A DNA stretch of 56,024 nt from a virus (lineage: Duplodnaviria; Caudoviricetes): IMG/VR virus record IMGVR_UViG_3300005662_000052, positions 1-56,024 of that record; one strand, written 5' to 3'. This document shows positions 1 through 8,995 of this stretch, in pieces; the first letter of the stretch is position 1, and every line of letters begins with the position of its first letter. The position numbers and the translations under genes are program-made. The notes beneath the pieces were generated by a model. That model was given only the letters and a program-made list of their open reading frames with translations, searched no databases and was not told where the DNA came from.

Positions 1-24
1 CAAGTTAAAATTTTAATTTCCATA

Positions 25-834
25 TTATTTATTTTCTTCTAAAAAATTATTTATTTCTTCTTCTGTTGGGACTAGGTCTTCTTTAAACTTTTGCAAATAT
101 AATTCTTTTTTCTCAATTGGTATAACTTTTTTTTCTAATCTAATATTTTTTTCATCAATTTTTTTTATATAAAAGACTAAAAAGTGGTCTTGAGTATTAT
201 TTTGTTTGTTTATTATACCGCTTAAATTTTGAACTTTTGTTCCACTTTCCGGTGTATTTGCCACTTCAAATACTCCTCTAACTAATACTCCTCGTTCTCC
301 TTTTACCGCATACTCTTCAGGATTATCAAAAACTTTGTCCAATAAATCGTGTAATTCTTGTCTTATTAATTCTTCTGACCCCATCTCATTTGCGGGTCTT
401 TCAGGTGAATAAGTTAATACGATTTTTTTGGTAGGTTCAAATGTTTCGGGGTTATAAAATGTTGGTGTTATACACACTCCGTCTTTAACCGGCTGATTAA
501 CTTTATTTGGGTCATACATTTCAGGTGATAACATTACGGATAACAAATAACCTTTACCCATTAATCTAACTCCATCATTAATTTTAAATGATTGAGCCAT
601 TAAAGGATTCCCGTCAACACTAATTATAGGTGTTGACATAAATTCTAATTCAGTGACTTCACTAAATTCTTCACATTCTAATAATTTTTCTTTAATGTCG
701 GATAATTCGTCTTCCCCATACAATGTATAATTTTTAAGACCAATTAGGTTTATATTACCCACTGATGATGGTATGTTGTAAGGTTTTTTCTCACCATCCT
801 TAAACACGTCTTCTAGTAATTCTTTTAACTTCAT
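25..834 (-). CDS. hypothetical phage protein (269 aa)
   Basis: Long ORF in the co-directional minus-strand series, start overlaps the upstream stop; no motif recognised. Confidence 0.8.
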   Translation of the reverse strand: MKLKELLEDVFKDGEKKPYNIPSSVGNINLIGLKNYTLYGEDELSDIKEKLLECEEFSEVTELEFMSTPIISVDGNPLMAQSFKINDGVRLMGKGYLLSVMLSPEMYDPNKVNQPVKDGVCITPTFYNPETFEPTKKIVLTYSPERPANEMGSEELIRQELHDLLDKVFDNPEEYAVKGERGVLVRGVFEVANTPESGTKVQNLSGIINKQNNTQDHFLVFYIKKIDEKNIRLEKKVIPIEKKELYLQKFKEDLVPTEEEINNFLEENK

Positions 835-1391
835 AATGATTGATTTAAATTGGAGCCTTTTAAAAATATAGCTCCTTGGTTTATTGTTAATTTTTCTAAC
901 TCAATTATTTTATTCTCGAGCTCTTTTATTTTTTCGTCTTTTAATATTAAGTTTTTTTTTAGATTTAACAAAGTGTTTTGTAATAATTTTAATTTTTCTT
1001 CTTTATTATCTTCCGAATTTGTTATGTAAACTATTTTTTCTACCGGAACTTCCTTTTCAACTATTTTCTCAACAACTACTTCATTGTTAATCGGTACTTG
1101 TTTTTCTATAATCTTTTCAACAATAACTTCTTTCTCAACAGGTACTTCCACAATCTTCTCAATAATTTTCTCAACAACAACTTCTCTATCTACAAGGACT
1201 TCAACAATCTTTTCAATAATTTTAGTTTCATCTTGTCCAAGTAATCCGTATTTGTTAATATCAAATCCTTTTTTGAAACATTCATTAACAAAAGAATTTA
1301 TATCCATTATACCATTAAGATAACAATAGTCATAAACATCTTTGAAATTTTTTATTTCAAATTTATGCGTTTGTGAGTTTTTCTGTTCCAT
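831..1391 (-). CDS. hypothetical protein with low-complexity V-E-K-I-(I/V)-E repeats and a C-terminal coiled coil
   Basis: Repeated IIEKIVEV / VVEKIIEKIVEVPVEKEV / VVEKIVEKEVPVEKIV; heptad-like LKLLQNTLLNLKKNL...IKELENKIIELEKL. Confidence 0.8.
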   Translation of the reverse strand: MEQKNSQTHKFEIKNFKDVYDYCYLNGIMDINSFVNECFKKGFDINKYGLLGQDETKIIEKIVEVLVDREVVVEKIIEKIVEVPVEKEVIVEKIIEKQVPINNEVVVEKIVEKEVPVEKIVYITNSEDNKEEKLKLLQNTLLNLKKNLILKDEKIKELENKIIELEKLTINQGAIFLKGSNLNQSL

Positions 1392-2142
1392 CTATAATAT
1401 CTTCGTATGAATCTATGGTAAACGATAAGAATGGTTTTGGGTTAATTAAATTAATAAACTCGTAATTATCTTGTTCAACGTCATATATTCCAAACCCGTG
1501 TTTATTTATAGTTTCTCCAAAGTTTTGTTGTATTGTTGAGCCAACCATATACGCTTTTTTACCTCCAGGTATGTTGAATACTTGTCTTTTATGAATATCC
1601 CCACATAACACTAAATCACATCCATTAAACTTGTCAACTTCAAATCCTGTATCAAACTTATATCCAATATCAGTTGTTAATCCTTGGACAGGTCCGTGGA
1701 ATAAACCTATCTTCTTTCTATTTGACTTCTCAATATCAGGAGGTATGTTATGGTCCATAAGTGAATACACAACCCAATCAATATTATCGTCTTTATATAC
1801 ACCTCTATTTTTATAATATACTATATTATTATTCTCTAATGAATCAATAATTGGTGTTAGAGCGTCTAATCTTGACAAATTGCTCTCAAGAAAGTCGTGG
1901 TTTCCAATTATTAAAACGGTTTTAGCGATTTTTGAACATTCCGTTAAGGTCCAAGCAACAAATTCAATTAACTCAGGCGTCATTTGATTTTTGGAGTGAA
2001 CTAAGTCACCTGTAAACACGATTCTATCGGGTTTAATTTCTCTAAATTGATTAAGCATATCATTTAATATACCACGATAAAGTTCGTGGTCTTTAAATAA
2101 TCTTATATGTAAATCAGAGAAGTGTACTAATTTTTTTATCAT
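1363..2142 (-). CDS. sbcD: SbcD/Mre11 (T4 gp47-like) metallophosphoesterase nuclease
   Basis: Calcineurin-like motifs in order: HFSDLH, FTGDLVH, IGNHD, FHG, GDIH, then GSTIQQNFGE. Confidence 0.88.
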   Translation of the reverse strand: MIKKLVHFSDLHIRLFKDHELYRGILNDMLNQFREIKPDRIVFTGDLVHSKNQMTPELIEFVAWTLTECSKIAKTVLIIGNHDFLESNLSRLDALTPIIDSLENNNIVYYKNRGVYKDDNIDWVVYSLMDHNIPPDIEKSNRKKIGLFHGPVQGLTTDIGYKFDTGFEVDKFNGCDLVLCGDIHKRQVFNIPGGKKAYMVGSTIQQNFGETINKHGFGIYDVEQDNYEFINLINPKPFLSFTIDSYEDIIDGTEKLTNA

Positions 2143-2402
2143 TGCATTACAATTTTTGGTGGATATCCTAAATCATCGTCTTTTTTTATGTTAATCTCAA
2201 CCGGTTCAATACCATATAATTTATTTTTTGTTTCACAACCTCTTTTGGTGAATAATCTTGATAAATCTTCTTCTTCAACTTTTTTCATCTTTTCTATTAT
2301 TGGAAAAACATCCATATAATAAACATTACCATCGTTTTCTTCTTTAGATTTGGCGGATAGATATCCGTCCAACCAAATGTAAAATTCTTTGTGACTTAAC
2401 AT
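2139..2402 (-). CDS. hypothetical protein (87 aa)
   Basis: ATG start, 4-nt overlap with next gene; N-terminal EFYIWLDGYL resembles small phage proteins. Confidence 0.7.
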   Translation of the reverse strand: MLSHKEFYIWLDGYLSAKSKEENDGNVYYMDVFPIIEKMKKVEEEDLSRLFTKRGCETKNKLYGIEPVEINIKKDDDLGYPPKIVMQ

Positions 2403-2404
2403 AT

Positions 2405-2614
2405 TTAAAATAATTCAAATTCTTTATTAACGTGTCCACAACTATTACACATATAAGTTGGGAACGGTACCATAGTGTCTTCCCCACTACCAGTTAAAAT
2501 TTTAGATACTTTCTTAATGAGAACAACTTCTTTAAAGTATTTTGATTGACAATTCTCACATTCAACAGTCGGCTGTTGTTTTAAATCGATTTTTGGTTTT
2601 CCTATTTCTTCCAT
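2405..2614 (-). CDS. small zinc-ribbon protein
   Basis: Two CxxC pairs (CENC, CNSC); has its own promoter directly upstream. Confidence 0.75.
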   Translation of the reverse strand: MEEIGKPKIDLKQQPTVECENCQSKYFKEVVLIKKVSKILTGSGEDTMVPFPTYMCNSCGHVNKEFELF

Positions 2615-2618
2615 ATCA

Positions 2619-2650
2619 CAAATATAATTTATTTTTTTATTTTAGTCAAA
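2619..2650 (-). promoter_or_regulatory. Bacteroidota-type housekeeping-sigma promoter (TTTG-N20-TATATTTG)
   Basis: Minus strand TTTG at 2650-2647 and TATATTTG at 2626-2619, matching the -33 TTTG / -7 TAnnTTTG consensus; 4 nt from the ATG at 2614. Confidence 0.7.
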
Positions 2651-3498
2651 TAATCTGACATATTCATATTAAGAATCGTTGAGATTACTTCTTTAGGTAC
2701 TCTATATTCTTCAAATGTTGAATCGTCTTTTAGGTGGACAATGATACAACCGTAAAGTTTAATATTTTCATATTTTGTACCTTTTAGCATTTTAAGTAAA
2801 AGTTTTCCGTAAAATGGTAATTGTGTAAAGTAATGTCCTAATGAAATGTTTGGATGTTTTTCAAATGGTGGTTTCATTCTTTTTGTAAACTGGTTTTCTT
2901 GAAAATTCTTTGGTTTGTTTGTTTTATAATCAGTTATAATAAACCCGTACTCATTTTTTTCTTTATTATGAATTAACCATCCAGTATCTCCCTGTCCAGT
3001 ATATCCTAATTCAGGGTCTCCAAGGACAATCTCAGTATCTAATAGTACCGCACCTCTTTCTTTCATCAACTCTAAAAAGTTTGTACCGGCATGAATCATT
3101 GAATCTCCCTTTAATACTTGGGTAAAATCACACTCAAATATTGGTTCTCTAACCTCTTTATTAAGACTAAACATATCAAGTGATTTCTTTTCTAATAGGA
3201 AATGGACTCTACTTCCCATATTAGTTGAGTATGTTCCAGCTTCCGCCCATTCCTTTAATAATCTTTCTTTAACAACCGGGTCTCCTTTACTTTTGTTTTC
3301 CGCAGCTTTGTCGGTCGGGAACTCGTCATAAAAAATTTTCATTACCTTGGAAACCGAAGGGTAGTCCTCCTTCAATTCTCCTTTTGTATCTTTCATAAAG
3401 TATTTGTGGTCTTCCTCAATGAAAGTAAGTTCAATTTCTTTTCTTCTTTCATCCAACACTTTTCTTATGTCTTCCGCTATTTCAATTAAATTATTCAT
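2629..3498 (-). CDS. PD-(D/E)XK family exonuclease (lambda-exo/Cas4-like fold, no Fe-S cluster Cys set)
   Basis: PSVS, GSRVH, TE, GQGD, ITDYKT and QLPFY motifs in canonical order. Confidence 0.8.
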   Translation of the reverse strand: MNNLIEIAEDIRKVLDERRKEIELTFIEEDHKYFMKDTKGELKEDYPSVSKVMKIFYDEFPTDKAAENKSKGDPVVKERLLKEWAEAGTYSTNMGSRVHFLLEKKSLDMFSLNKEVREPIFECDFTQVLKGDSMIHAGTNFLELMKERGAVLLDTEIVLGDPELGYTGQGDTGWLIHNKEKNEYGFIITDYKTNKPKNFQENQFTKRMKPPFEKHPNISLGHYFTQLPFYGKLLLKMLKGTKYENIKLYGCIIVHLKDDSTFEEYRVPKEVISTILNMNMSDYLTKIKK

Positions 3499-3823
3499 CT
3501 TTTTTTTTAGTTACCGCTAATATTAAACCGAAAATAAACAATAAAGGTATTAATATGTGTAAAATTACATCATATATTTTTTTATTTATTGGTATTTTAA
3601 TTACCTCAGTGTCAAACTCTTCTCCAAATTCCTCAAGAAGTACACAATATCTGTGATTACCGTCAATTATTTTATAATCTTTACTTATAACTATCGGTTT
3701 TTTTAATCTACCTTCATTATTTATAATTTCTTTCGACATTAAAACATGATGTTCATACCAATCAATACAATAAGGAAATTGGATATCTTTTAATTTTATT
3801 ATTAATCTATAGTTTAATCTCAC
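3491..3823 (-). CDS. ParB/Srx-like N-terminal domain protein with a C-terminal hydrophobic helix
   Basis: KPIVISKDYKIIDGNHRY signature; VILHILIPLLFIFGLILAV then KKK; GTG start overlapping the primase stop. Confidence 0.7.
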   Translation of the reverse strand: MRLNYRLIIKLKDIQFPYCIDWYEHHVLMSKEIINNEGRLKKPIVISKDYKIIDGNHRYCVLLEEFGEEFDTEVIKIPINKKIYDVILHILIPLLFIFGLILAVTKKKDE

Positions 3824-4728
3824 TAATATTTCATTTTATAATAATATTCATTTATTTCACCTCTTAAATCACATATGTCTTTGTCTTTTGGCATTTTTAA
3901 TATTTTTATTTTACCGAACAATCTTCCTCCGTTTAGTTGGTCATATAGTTTTAAAGAGTCGTTCCAAGCATCACCGTCAAGACCAATTGTTATTTCCCCT
4001 CTCGCCTTTTCATATATAGTATTGAATAATAAATCACTCATATATTTTCCCAATAATGGAATGCTATTATCAACAAAGAACCCATCAAATACCCCTTCAA
4101 CTAAGAATATATCTTTTTTCCAATTAATTATACTCTCATTGAAAATTATCTTGTCCTTTTCGTAGTCCGGGTTTTTGTATTTTGCTCTTGAGTGTGGGTC
4201 CCAACTTCTTGCAATATAATAATTAAGCTCTCCCTCTTTATCAAAAGAAGGGACAATAATTCTTCCCATATGAGAACCTTTATCACAAAAACCAATTTGG
4301 TATTTTCTAATCATATTATCGCCAATACCTCTATTTTTAAGATAAGTATAGGCTTGTCTTCTAACGGGATATTTCTCAGAAGAATCCATTATTCTTACAT
4401 AACTTTCAGGTAATTTGATTTTTGGTTTCTTAACTTCTTTTACCGTTAAGTCTTCAGGTTTAAAAACACTATATACCTTTTTTTGTTTTTTATTCCCATA
4501 TTGGTCAATTAGTTTACCAAGAGGACCTTTCATCTCGTTAATCTCAGCACAGCTCCAACACTTAAAAACGTGTTGATGATAGTTAATTTCTAAATTACCT
4601 TTATGTTTACCATCATCGCATTGTGGGCAGTCCACCGCTATCTGCCCTTTGGATTCGTAGTGTTGTTTCTCTTTACCAAATAAATCTCTAATTAAATCAA
4701 CTATTATTTCTCCATCATCCGTCATCAT
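3823..4728 (-). CDS. dnaG: DNA primase (DnaG/T4 gp61-like)
   Basis: Zn finger CPQC...CWSC, YLKNRGI, RIIVP, KYKNP, TOPRIM LVEGVFD and LDGDA. Confidence 0.92.
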   Translation of the reverse strand: MMTDDGEIIVDLIRDLFGKEKQHYESKGQIAVDCPQCDDGKHKGNLEINYHQHVFKCWSCAEINEMKGPLGKLIDQYGNKKQKKVYSVFKPEDLTVKEVKKPKIKLPESYVRIMDSSEKYPVRRQAYTYLKNRGIGDNMIRKYQIGFCDKGSHMGRIIVPSFDKEGELNYYIARSWDPHSRAKYKNPDYEKDKIIFNESIINWKKDIFLVEGVFDGFFVDNSIPLLGKYMSDLLFNTIYEKARGEITIGLDGDAWNDSLKLYDQLNGGRLFGKIKILKMPKDKDICDLRGEINEYYYKMKY

Positions 4729-4730
4729 AT

Positions 4731-4761
4731 CAAATATAACTAAAAATATTCAATAATCAAA
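4731..4761 (-). promoter_or_regulatory. Bacteroidota-type promoter (TTTG-N19-TATATTTG) for the primase operon
   Basis: Minus strand TTTG at 4761-4758 and TATATTTG at 4738-4731; exact consensus and spacing. Confidence 0.72.
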
Positions 4762-4786
4762 CTTCACAAGTTTTTCCAACACACTA

Positions 4787-4793
4787 TATTTAT
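4787..4793 (+). promoter_or_regulatory. TATTTAT motif, putative phage late promoter
   Basis: 6 nt upstream of ATG 4800; the same motif precedes many structural genes. Confidence 0.6.
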
Positions 4794-4799
4794 GGTAAA

Positions 4800-5015
4800 A
4801 TGCCTACCGATATTACAATAACAAATATTACCGGCTCATCTCCATATGATATATATTTGTGTGATGACCCTGTGGTTACTTGTGTTTATATTAACACTAT
4901 AACAACATTACCATATGTTTTTCAAATACCTCCAGTTTTGGACGGACAAACAAGTTATAATTTGAAAGTGGTAGATAATGACAATTGTATTAAAATAACA
5001 AATTTAACACCATGA
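4800..5015 (+). CDS. small putative virion protein, single SprB-like beta unit; paralog of 14634..14858
   Basis: ITNITGSSPYDIYLC...C...NLKVVDNDNC aligns by eye with ITSITGLTFPYDVYAC...C...NIKIVASNGC. Confidence 0.75.
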   Translation: MPTDITITNITGSSPYDIYLCDDPVVTCVYINTITTLPYVFQIPPVLDGQTSYNLKVVDNDNCIKITNLTP

Positions 5016-8000
5016 GTTGTACTTGCGTATTAGTTAGAGTTGACCAAAATGATTTAATTTCTGCCACAGGAAACACAAATCCGTTATACGATAATAAAGT
5101 TTTTTTTAGCGGTATTACGGGATGTAATAATACCTCAATATCCGTTGAATATAGTGGTAGTGGTTATTATTTTCACTGTGCTCATACGACCGGATATACT
5201 TGTAATTGTTCGGGTAGTGGTTGGGTTAAATACAACGAAACCGCTTGTATTAAATCGGCAACCACTGCAGGATACACTCCAGACCCATCGGATTTATATG
5301 AGGTAGAAGATGCGGTGTCTAACATTCAAAGTTGTCTTTATGGAACACTTTTTTTTGATTCGGGATATAGTTTATGTGGTTCAGGTGTTGCGGTGGCCTC
5401 GGTTCCTTCGGGGACTTATTGGGCGAATACAACTCTAAGTACCCTTAACGGACCTTACAATAGAGAGGCCATTTGGACTGATTTACCGGCGGATAAACCT
5501 TACGACACTTGGTTAGGTCTTTCATATTGTACTCTTACAGGAACAACCGACATGAAAACATACTATATTGGTATTGGCGCGGTTAACAATTTTAAAGTAG
5601 TTTTAGATGGTGTCGAAATTTTAGACACTACGGCCGGTCCCTGCATTACAGGAACTCAATCATTAACTACTTGGAGGGTTTACCCAATAAGTGTTGGTGT
5701 TGGTAGCCATATCATCGAGTATTACGGATATAATTATGGTAACCCAGGCGGTGTTGGGTTTGTTATTTATGATAAAGACTTATCTTCTTTAACCGCGTCA
5801 ACCACAGATGTTGCTGCCGGAGTTATTTATAATAGTAGTTCTGAAATTGGGAATAATTTTGAATTTTGTCAAGATTTATCTGGTGATTATTTAATATCAG
5901 GGTATACTTGTCCTGTTGGTTATACATATTCGGTTTGTTTAGGAACCTGTGTTAAATTTAATTATTGTGAATTAACACCTATTTTGACTGACACTCCGAG
6001 TTTATTTTATTACCAAGATAATATTTTACTTAGCGGTACCAGTATTAATAGTATATATGATGACAGAGAGTCGTTATGTTCTACATCAGGAGATTGTACA
6101 AGTAGTATTTGTACGTCAACTTCAGGATTTTGTTTGAACGATACTGGTTATGATACTTATGATGATTATTATATTGAGTCGGGTTATCATAACGGTAATC
6201 CTTATTGGTCTGGCGAAACGGATGGATTATTGATTTATTATTCCACCGGAAACACTCAATGGTGTTTATCAACAGTTTTAGATGGAGATTGTCTTTTATT
6301 TGGCAAATCACCTTGTGTTAGCGTTTGTCCTGATTTATGTGACACATATTTCTCAAACGTAATATGTCCGCCTCCAACTCCTAGTCCAACAGTTCCGTGT
6401 AGTGCGTTAAATTTTGACGCAATTTTTAATTGTAATGTTCCGTCTCCGAGTGTTACCCCCACAATGACACCAACAATTACTCCAACCCCAACTCAAAGTC
6501 CAGCAGTTTTATGTCCTAATATATTCGTTAACGCATCTATAAATAGTTATTCTCCAACCCCTACACCAACTCAAACTGTTACACCAACACCTTCAGGAGT
6601 GGTTAATAGACCTTTTGGTTTAAGTGGTGATGTTACTTTTAATACGGTTGATGAAAAAATAAAATGTCCCGTTAGTTTACAATTTCAAGATTGTATAACC
6701 GGTATGATATATAGTACTATGGATGATGTTGAAACTCCTTTGGGGGGTTCATTATCACAATATATGGTTTTTGAAGGTACTGTAAATGGGGATATTAAGT
6801 GTATGTACTATATAGGTCAAAATCAAAATATTTCAGGTATTGACCAAATTATTTTAACTAACGGACCTCTTGGATATTCTAATCTTGATGGTTGTAATAA
6901 TTGTTTTTTACCTACTCCAACCCCTACTCCAACTCCTACAATAACACCAACAATGACTTTAACTCCAACTAACACTCCAACTCCAACAATAACTCCTAGT
7001 CAAGGACTTTGTACTTGCCCTGAAGGGTACACTTTAATCGGTGATTTATGTGAACAGGTATTATTCACTTTTGCAACTCCTCCAGAAAATCCAATTATTA
7101 TAGGTAATAATTTTGAAGACTACCCAACCACATTTGGTGGTGATAGAGGTTTAATAATATATGAGGAAGTTACAAATAAAGGTTGGCCTTTGTTTGGTTT
7201 ACCTAATATACAAGGTTCAGGAATTTTTCCTAACACCTTACCAAGTACCAATAACGCAACACCTAGTAGTTTAAGTCTAATTCCGAATACAGGATATACC
7301 AATCAAGGAATCTTATACACGTCTTTATCCCCATCTTCATCTCCTGGTTCTCCTCACGCACCTTTAAATTATCCAACAGGATATTGGCCGGAAACACGAC
7401 CTTTATCTAACAATCCACCTAATTTACCAAATATTAATTTATATAGTGCACCAAATAATTTAACTTATTTAGCGGAAAGTTATGTTTCTTCAGGTGTTTT
7501 AAATTTAGGTAGTGGAAGCTCTGTTAACTTAGAATATAATAGAAGAAATGGTGTTTTTTGGGGTTTGTCATCCAATTCAAATTCTTGGCAAAATCAAGTC
7601 GGTATTTGGTCAGACGCACCTTCTCCTTATGACTCTAACCCAACGTATAGTTTATTTAACAAATGGGTTGGGGTAACTTCTTGTGTTGAAATACCAGAGA
7701 GTAAATTATATTACATCCTTATAACCGCAAATAACGCATTTAGAATAAGTGTTAATGGATTATTAATGGTGGAAATTAATGTTGGTGATGGTAATTATCA
7801 ACCTCTTGGATTTACTAATTGTTTCCCAATAACCTTATCATCAGGAACTAATACAGTTACTTTTGAAGGGGGTAACTATGGTGGTGGTGGGTTATTATCC
7901 GCAGAAATTTTAAATGTTGATACTGTAGATAATATCCTAACCGCAACAACTTATTCTCATTTAACACCATATTCAATATTTTCGACTAAAGAAAAAAGAC

Positions 8001-8359
8001 CTAGAGCTTTTGACATTAATTTTACAAGCGGTAGTACAACAATAACCTCATCAGGTCAATTTTTACCAAAGGATGTTGGGGCTTTTGTTCAATTCCCTTC
8101 CTTTGTTTTATCGGGAACTTATATTTCAAATGTTATTGATTCAAGTACCGCCATAATAACTTCAGGCGCAACCGCGACCGGATTAGGTGTTGCTGGAAAT
8201 GTGAACGGGACATCAACCGGAAGAATTTATTTTATATATGATTCGGGTACGTTATTTGCGAGTGGTTTACCACAAGGCTTTACTTGTCCAGAAGGTTATG
8301 AGTATTCTAATTGTTCGGGACCTGAATGTATTCAAGTATCTAAAATACTTTGTCCTTAA
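5012..8359 (+). CDS. large Cys-rich putative virion adhesin with two PA14/GLEYA-like beta-sandwich modules and Pro-Thr linkers
   Basis: Internal duplication (KTYYIGIGAVNNFKVVLDG..YPISVGVGSHIIEYYGYNYG vs KLYYILITANNAFRISVNG..FPITLSSGTNTVTFEGGNYG), CPxGY motifs, three PT-rich tracts. Confidence 0.7.
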   Translation: MSCTCVLVRVDQNDLISATGNTNPLYDNKVFFSGITGCNNTSISVEYSGSGYYFHCAHTTGYTCNCSGSGWVKYNETACIKSATTAGYTPDPSDLYEVEDAVSNIQSCLYGTLFFDSGYSLCGSGVAVASVPSGTYWANTTLSTLNGPYNREAIWTDLPADKPYDTWLGLSYCTLTGTTDMKTYYIGIGAVNNFKVVLDGVEILDTTAGPCITGTQSLTTWRVYPISVGVGSHIIEYYGYNYGNPGGVGFVIYDKDLSSLTASTTDVAAGVIYNSSSEIGNNFEFCQDLSGDYLISGYTCPVGYTYSVCLGTCVKFNYCELTPILTDTPSLFYYQDNILLSGTSINSIYDDRESLCSTSGDCTSSICTSTSGFCLNDTGYDTYDDYYIESGYHNGNPYWSGETDGLLIYYSTGNTQWCLSTVLDGDCLLFGKSPCVSVCPDLCDTYFSNVICPPPTPSPTVPCSALNFDAIFNCNVPSPSVTPTMTPTITPTPTQSPAVLCPNIFVNASINSYSPTPTPTQTVTPTPSGVVNRPFGLSGDVTFNTVDEKIKCPVSLQFQDCITGMIYSTMDDVETPLGGSLSQYMVFEGTVNGDIKCMYYIGQNQNISGIDQIILTNGPLGYSNLDGCNNCFLPTPTPTPTPTITPTMTLTPTNTPTPTITPSQGLCTCPEGYTLIGDLCEQVLFTFATPPENPIIIGNNFEDYPTTFGGDRGLIIYEEVTNKGWPLFGLPNIQGSGIFPNTLPSTNNATPSSLSLIPNTGYTNQGILYTSLSPSSSPGSPHAPLNYPTGYWPETRPLSNNPPNLPNINLYSAPNNLTYLAESYVSSGVLNLGSGSSVNLEYNRRNGVFWGLSSNSNSWQNQVGIWSDAPSPYDSNPTYSLFNKWVGVTSCVEIPESKLYYILITANNAFRISVNGLLMVEINVGDGNYQPLGFTNCFPITLSSGTNTVTFEGGNYGGGGLLSAEILNVDTVDNILTATTYSHLTPYSIFSTKEKRPRAFDINFTSGSTTITSSGQFLPKDVGAFVQFPSFVLSGTYISNVIDSSTAIITSGATATGLGVAGNVNGTSTGRIYFIYDSGTLFASGLPQGFTCPEGYEYSNCSGPECIQVSKILCP
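6911..7000 (+). repeat. coding Pro-Thr repeat tract (PTPTPTPTPTITPTMTLTPTNTPTPTITPS)
   Basis: Degenerate CCN-ACN hexamer repeats; further tracts near 6370-6500 and 6550-6595. Confidence 0.85.
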
Positions 8360-8361
8360 AC

Positions 8362-8392
8362 AAAAAAGTCCGTTATTAAAACGGACTTTTTT
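8362..8392. terminator. bidirectional intrinsic terminator
   Basis: Perfect 13-bp inverted repeat AAAAAAGTCCGTT-ATTAA-AACGGACTTTTTT between convergent genes, with a U-tract on both strands. Confidence 0.88.
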
Positions 8393-8394
8393 TA

Positions 8395-8994
8395 TTACCA
8401 AATTTTTTCTTGTTTCATATAACCTAAAACACAACAATAGGCATCTGATTGGTCATAGTTTTCTTTTTTGAGTGTGTTGTTTTTTGTATATAACCATTGG
8501 ATTTGAGGTTCTCTTTTCGCAACTAAATCCCAAATTATTTGTTTTTTATCACAATCTTTAGGATATCCGCCAAATAACACAAATTTACCCTTATCATTTT
8601 GTTGTACCAAATTTGGGAATGCGGTTTTTCTTGAGTTATACGTGGATATAAAATTAGGAACAATACCTAATTCATCGAATATTAATTTACATATAAAACT
8701 ATTAAATCTTAATAACGTTTGAATAGTATATACATTATTTGAATTCAATAACGGTTCTTCAATTATCACTTTTGTAATACCTAATTCTTTGTATTGAATT
8801 AATTTACTTTTAAAAATTTCACTTTTTAAAAGGAGTTCTTTCATTTTATCTTCTTCTTTTGGTTTTGGGACCGGTGAAATGTGTGTTAATTCCAATAATT
8901 GTTCTGTTTGAATGTCAAACAATGCCCACCCTATCGTTCTTGTGGATACGTCAAGCCCTAGTACTTTAGGGCTTTCTTTTAAATTTTTTTTCAT
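8395..8994 (-). CDS. ruvC: RuvC-like Holliday junction resolvase
   Basis: VLGLDVSTRTIGWA, VIIEEP, C-terminal DQSDAY. Confidence 0.85.
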   Translation of the reverse strand: MKKNLKESPKVLGLDVSTRTIGWALFDIQTEQLLELTHISPVPKPKEEDKMKELLLKSEIFKSKLIQYKELGITKVIIEEPLLNSNNVYTIQTLLRFNSFICKLIFDELGIVPNFISTYNSRKTAFPNLVQQNDKGKFVLFGGYPKDCDKKQIIWDLVAKREPQIQWLYTKNNTLKKENYDQSDAYCCVLGYMKQEKIW

Positions 8995-8995
8995 A

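Noticed and set aside
2629-3498. Cas4 / CRISPR adaptation gene
   Set aside because: Lacks the four-Cys Fe-S set and cas context; a generic phage PD-(D/E)XK exonuclease is more likely
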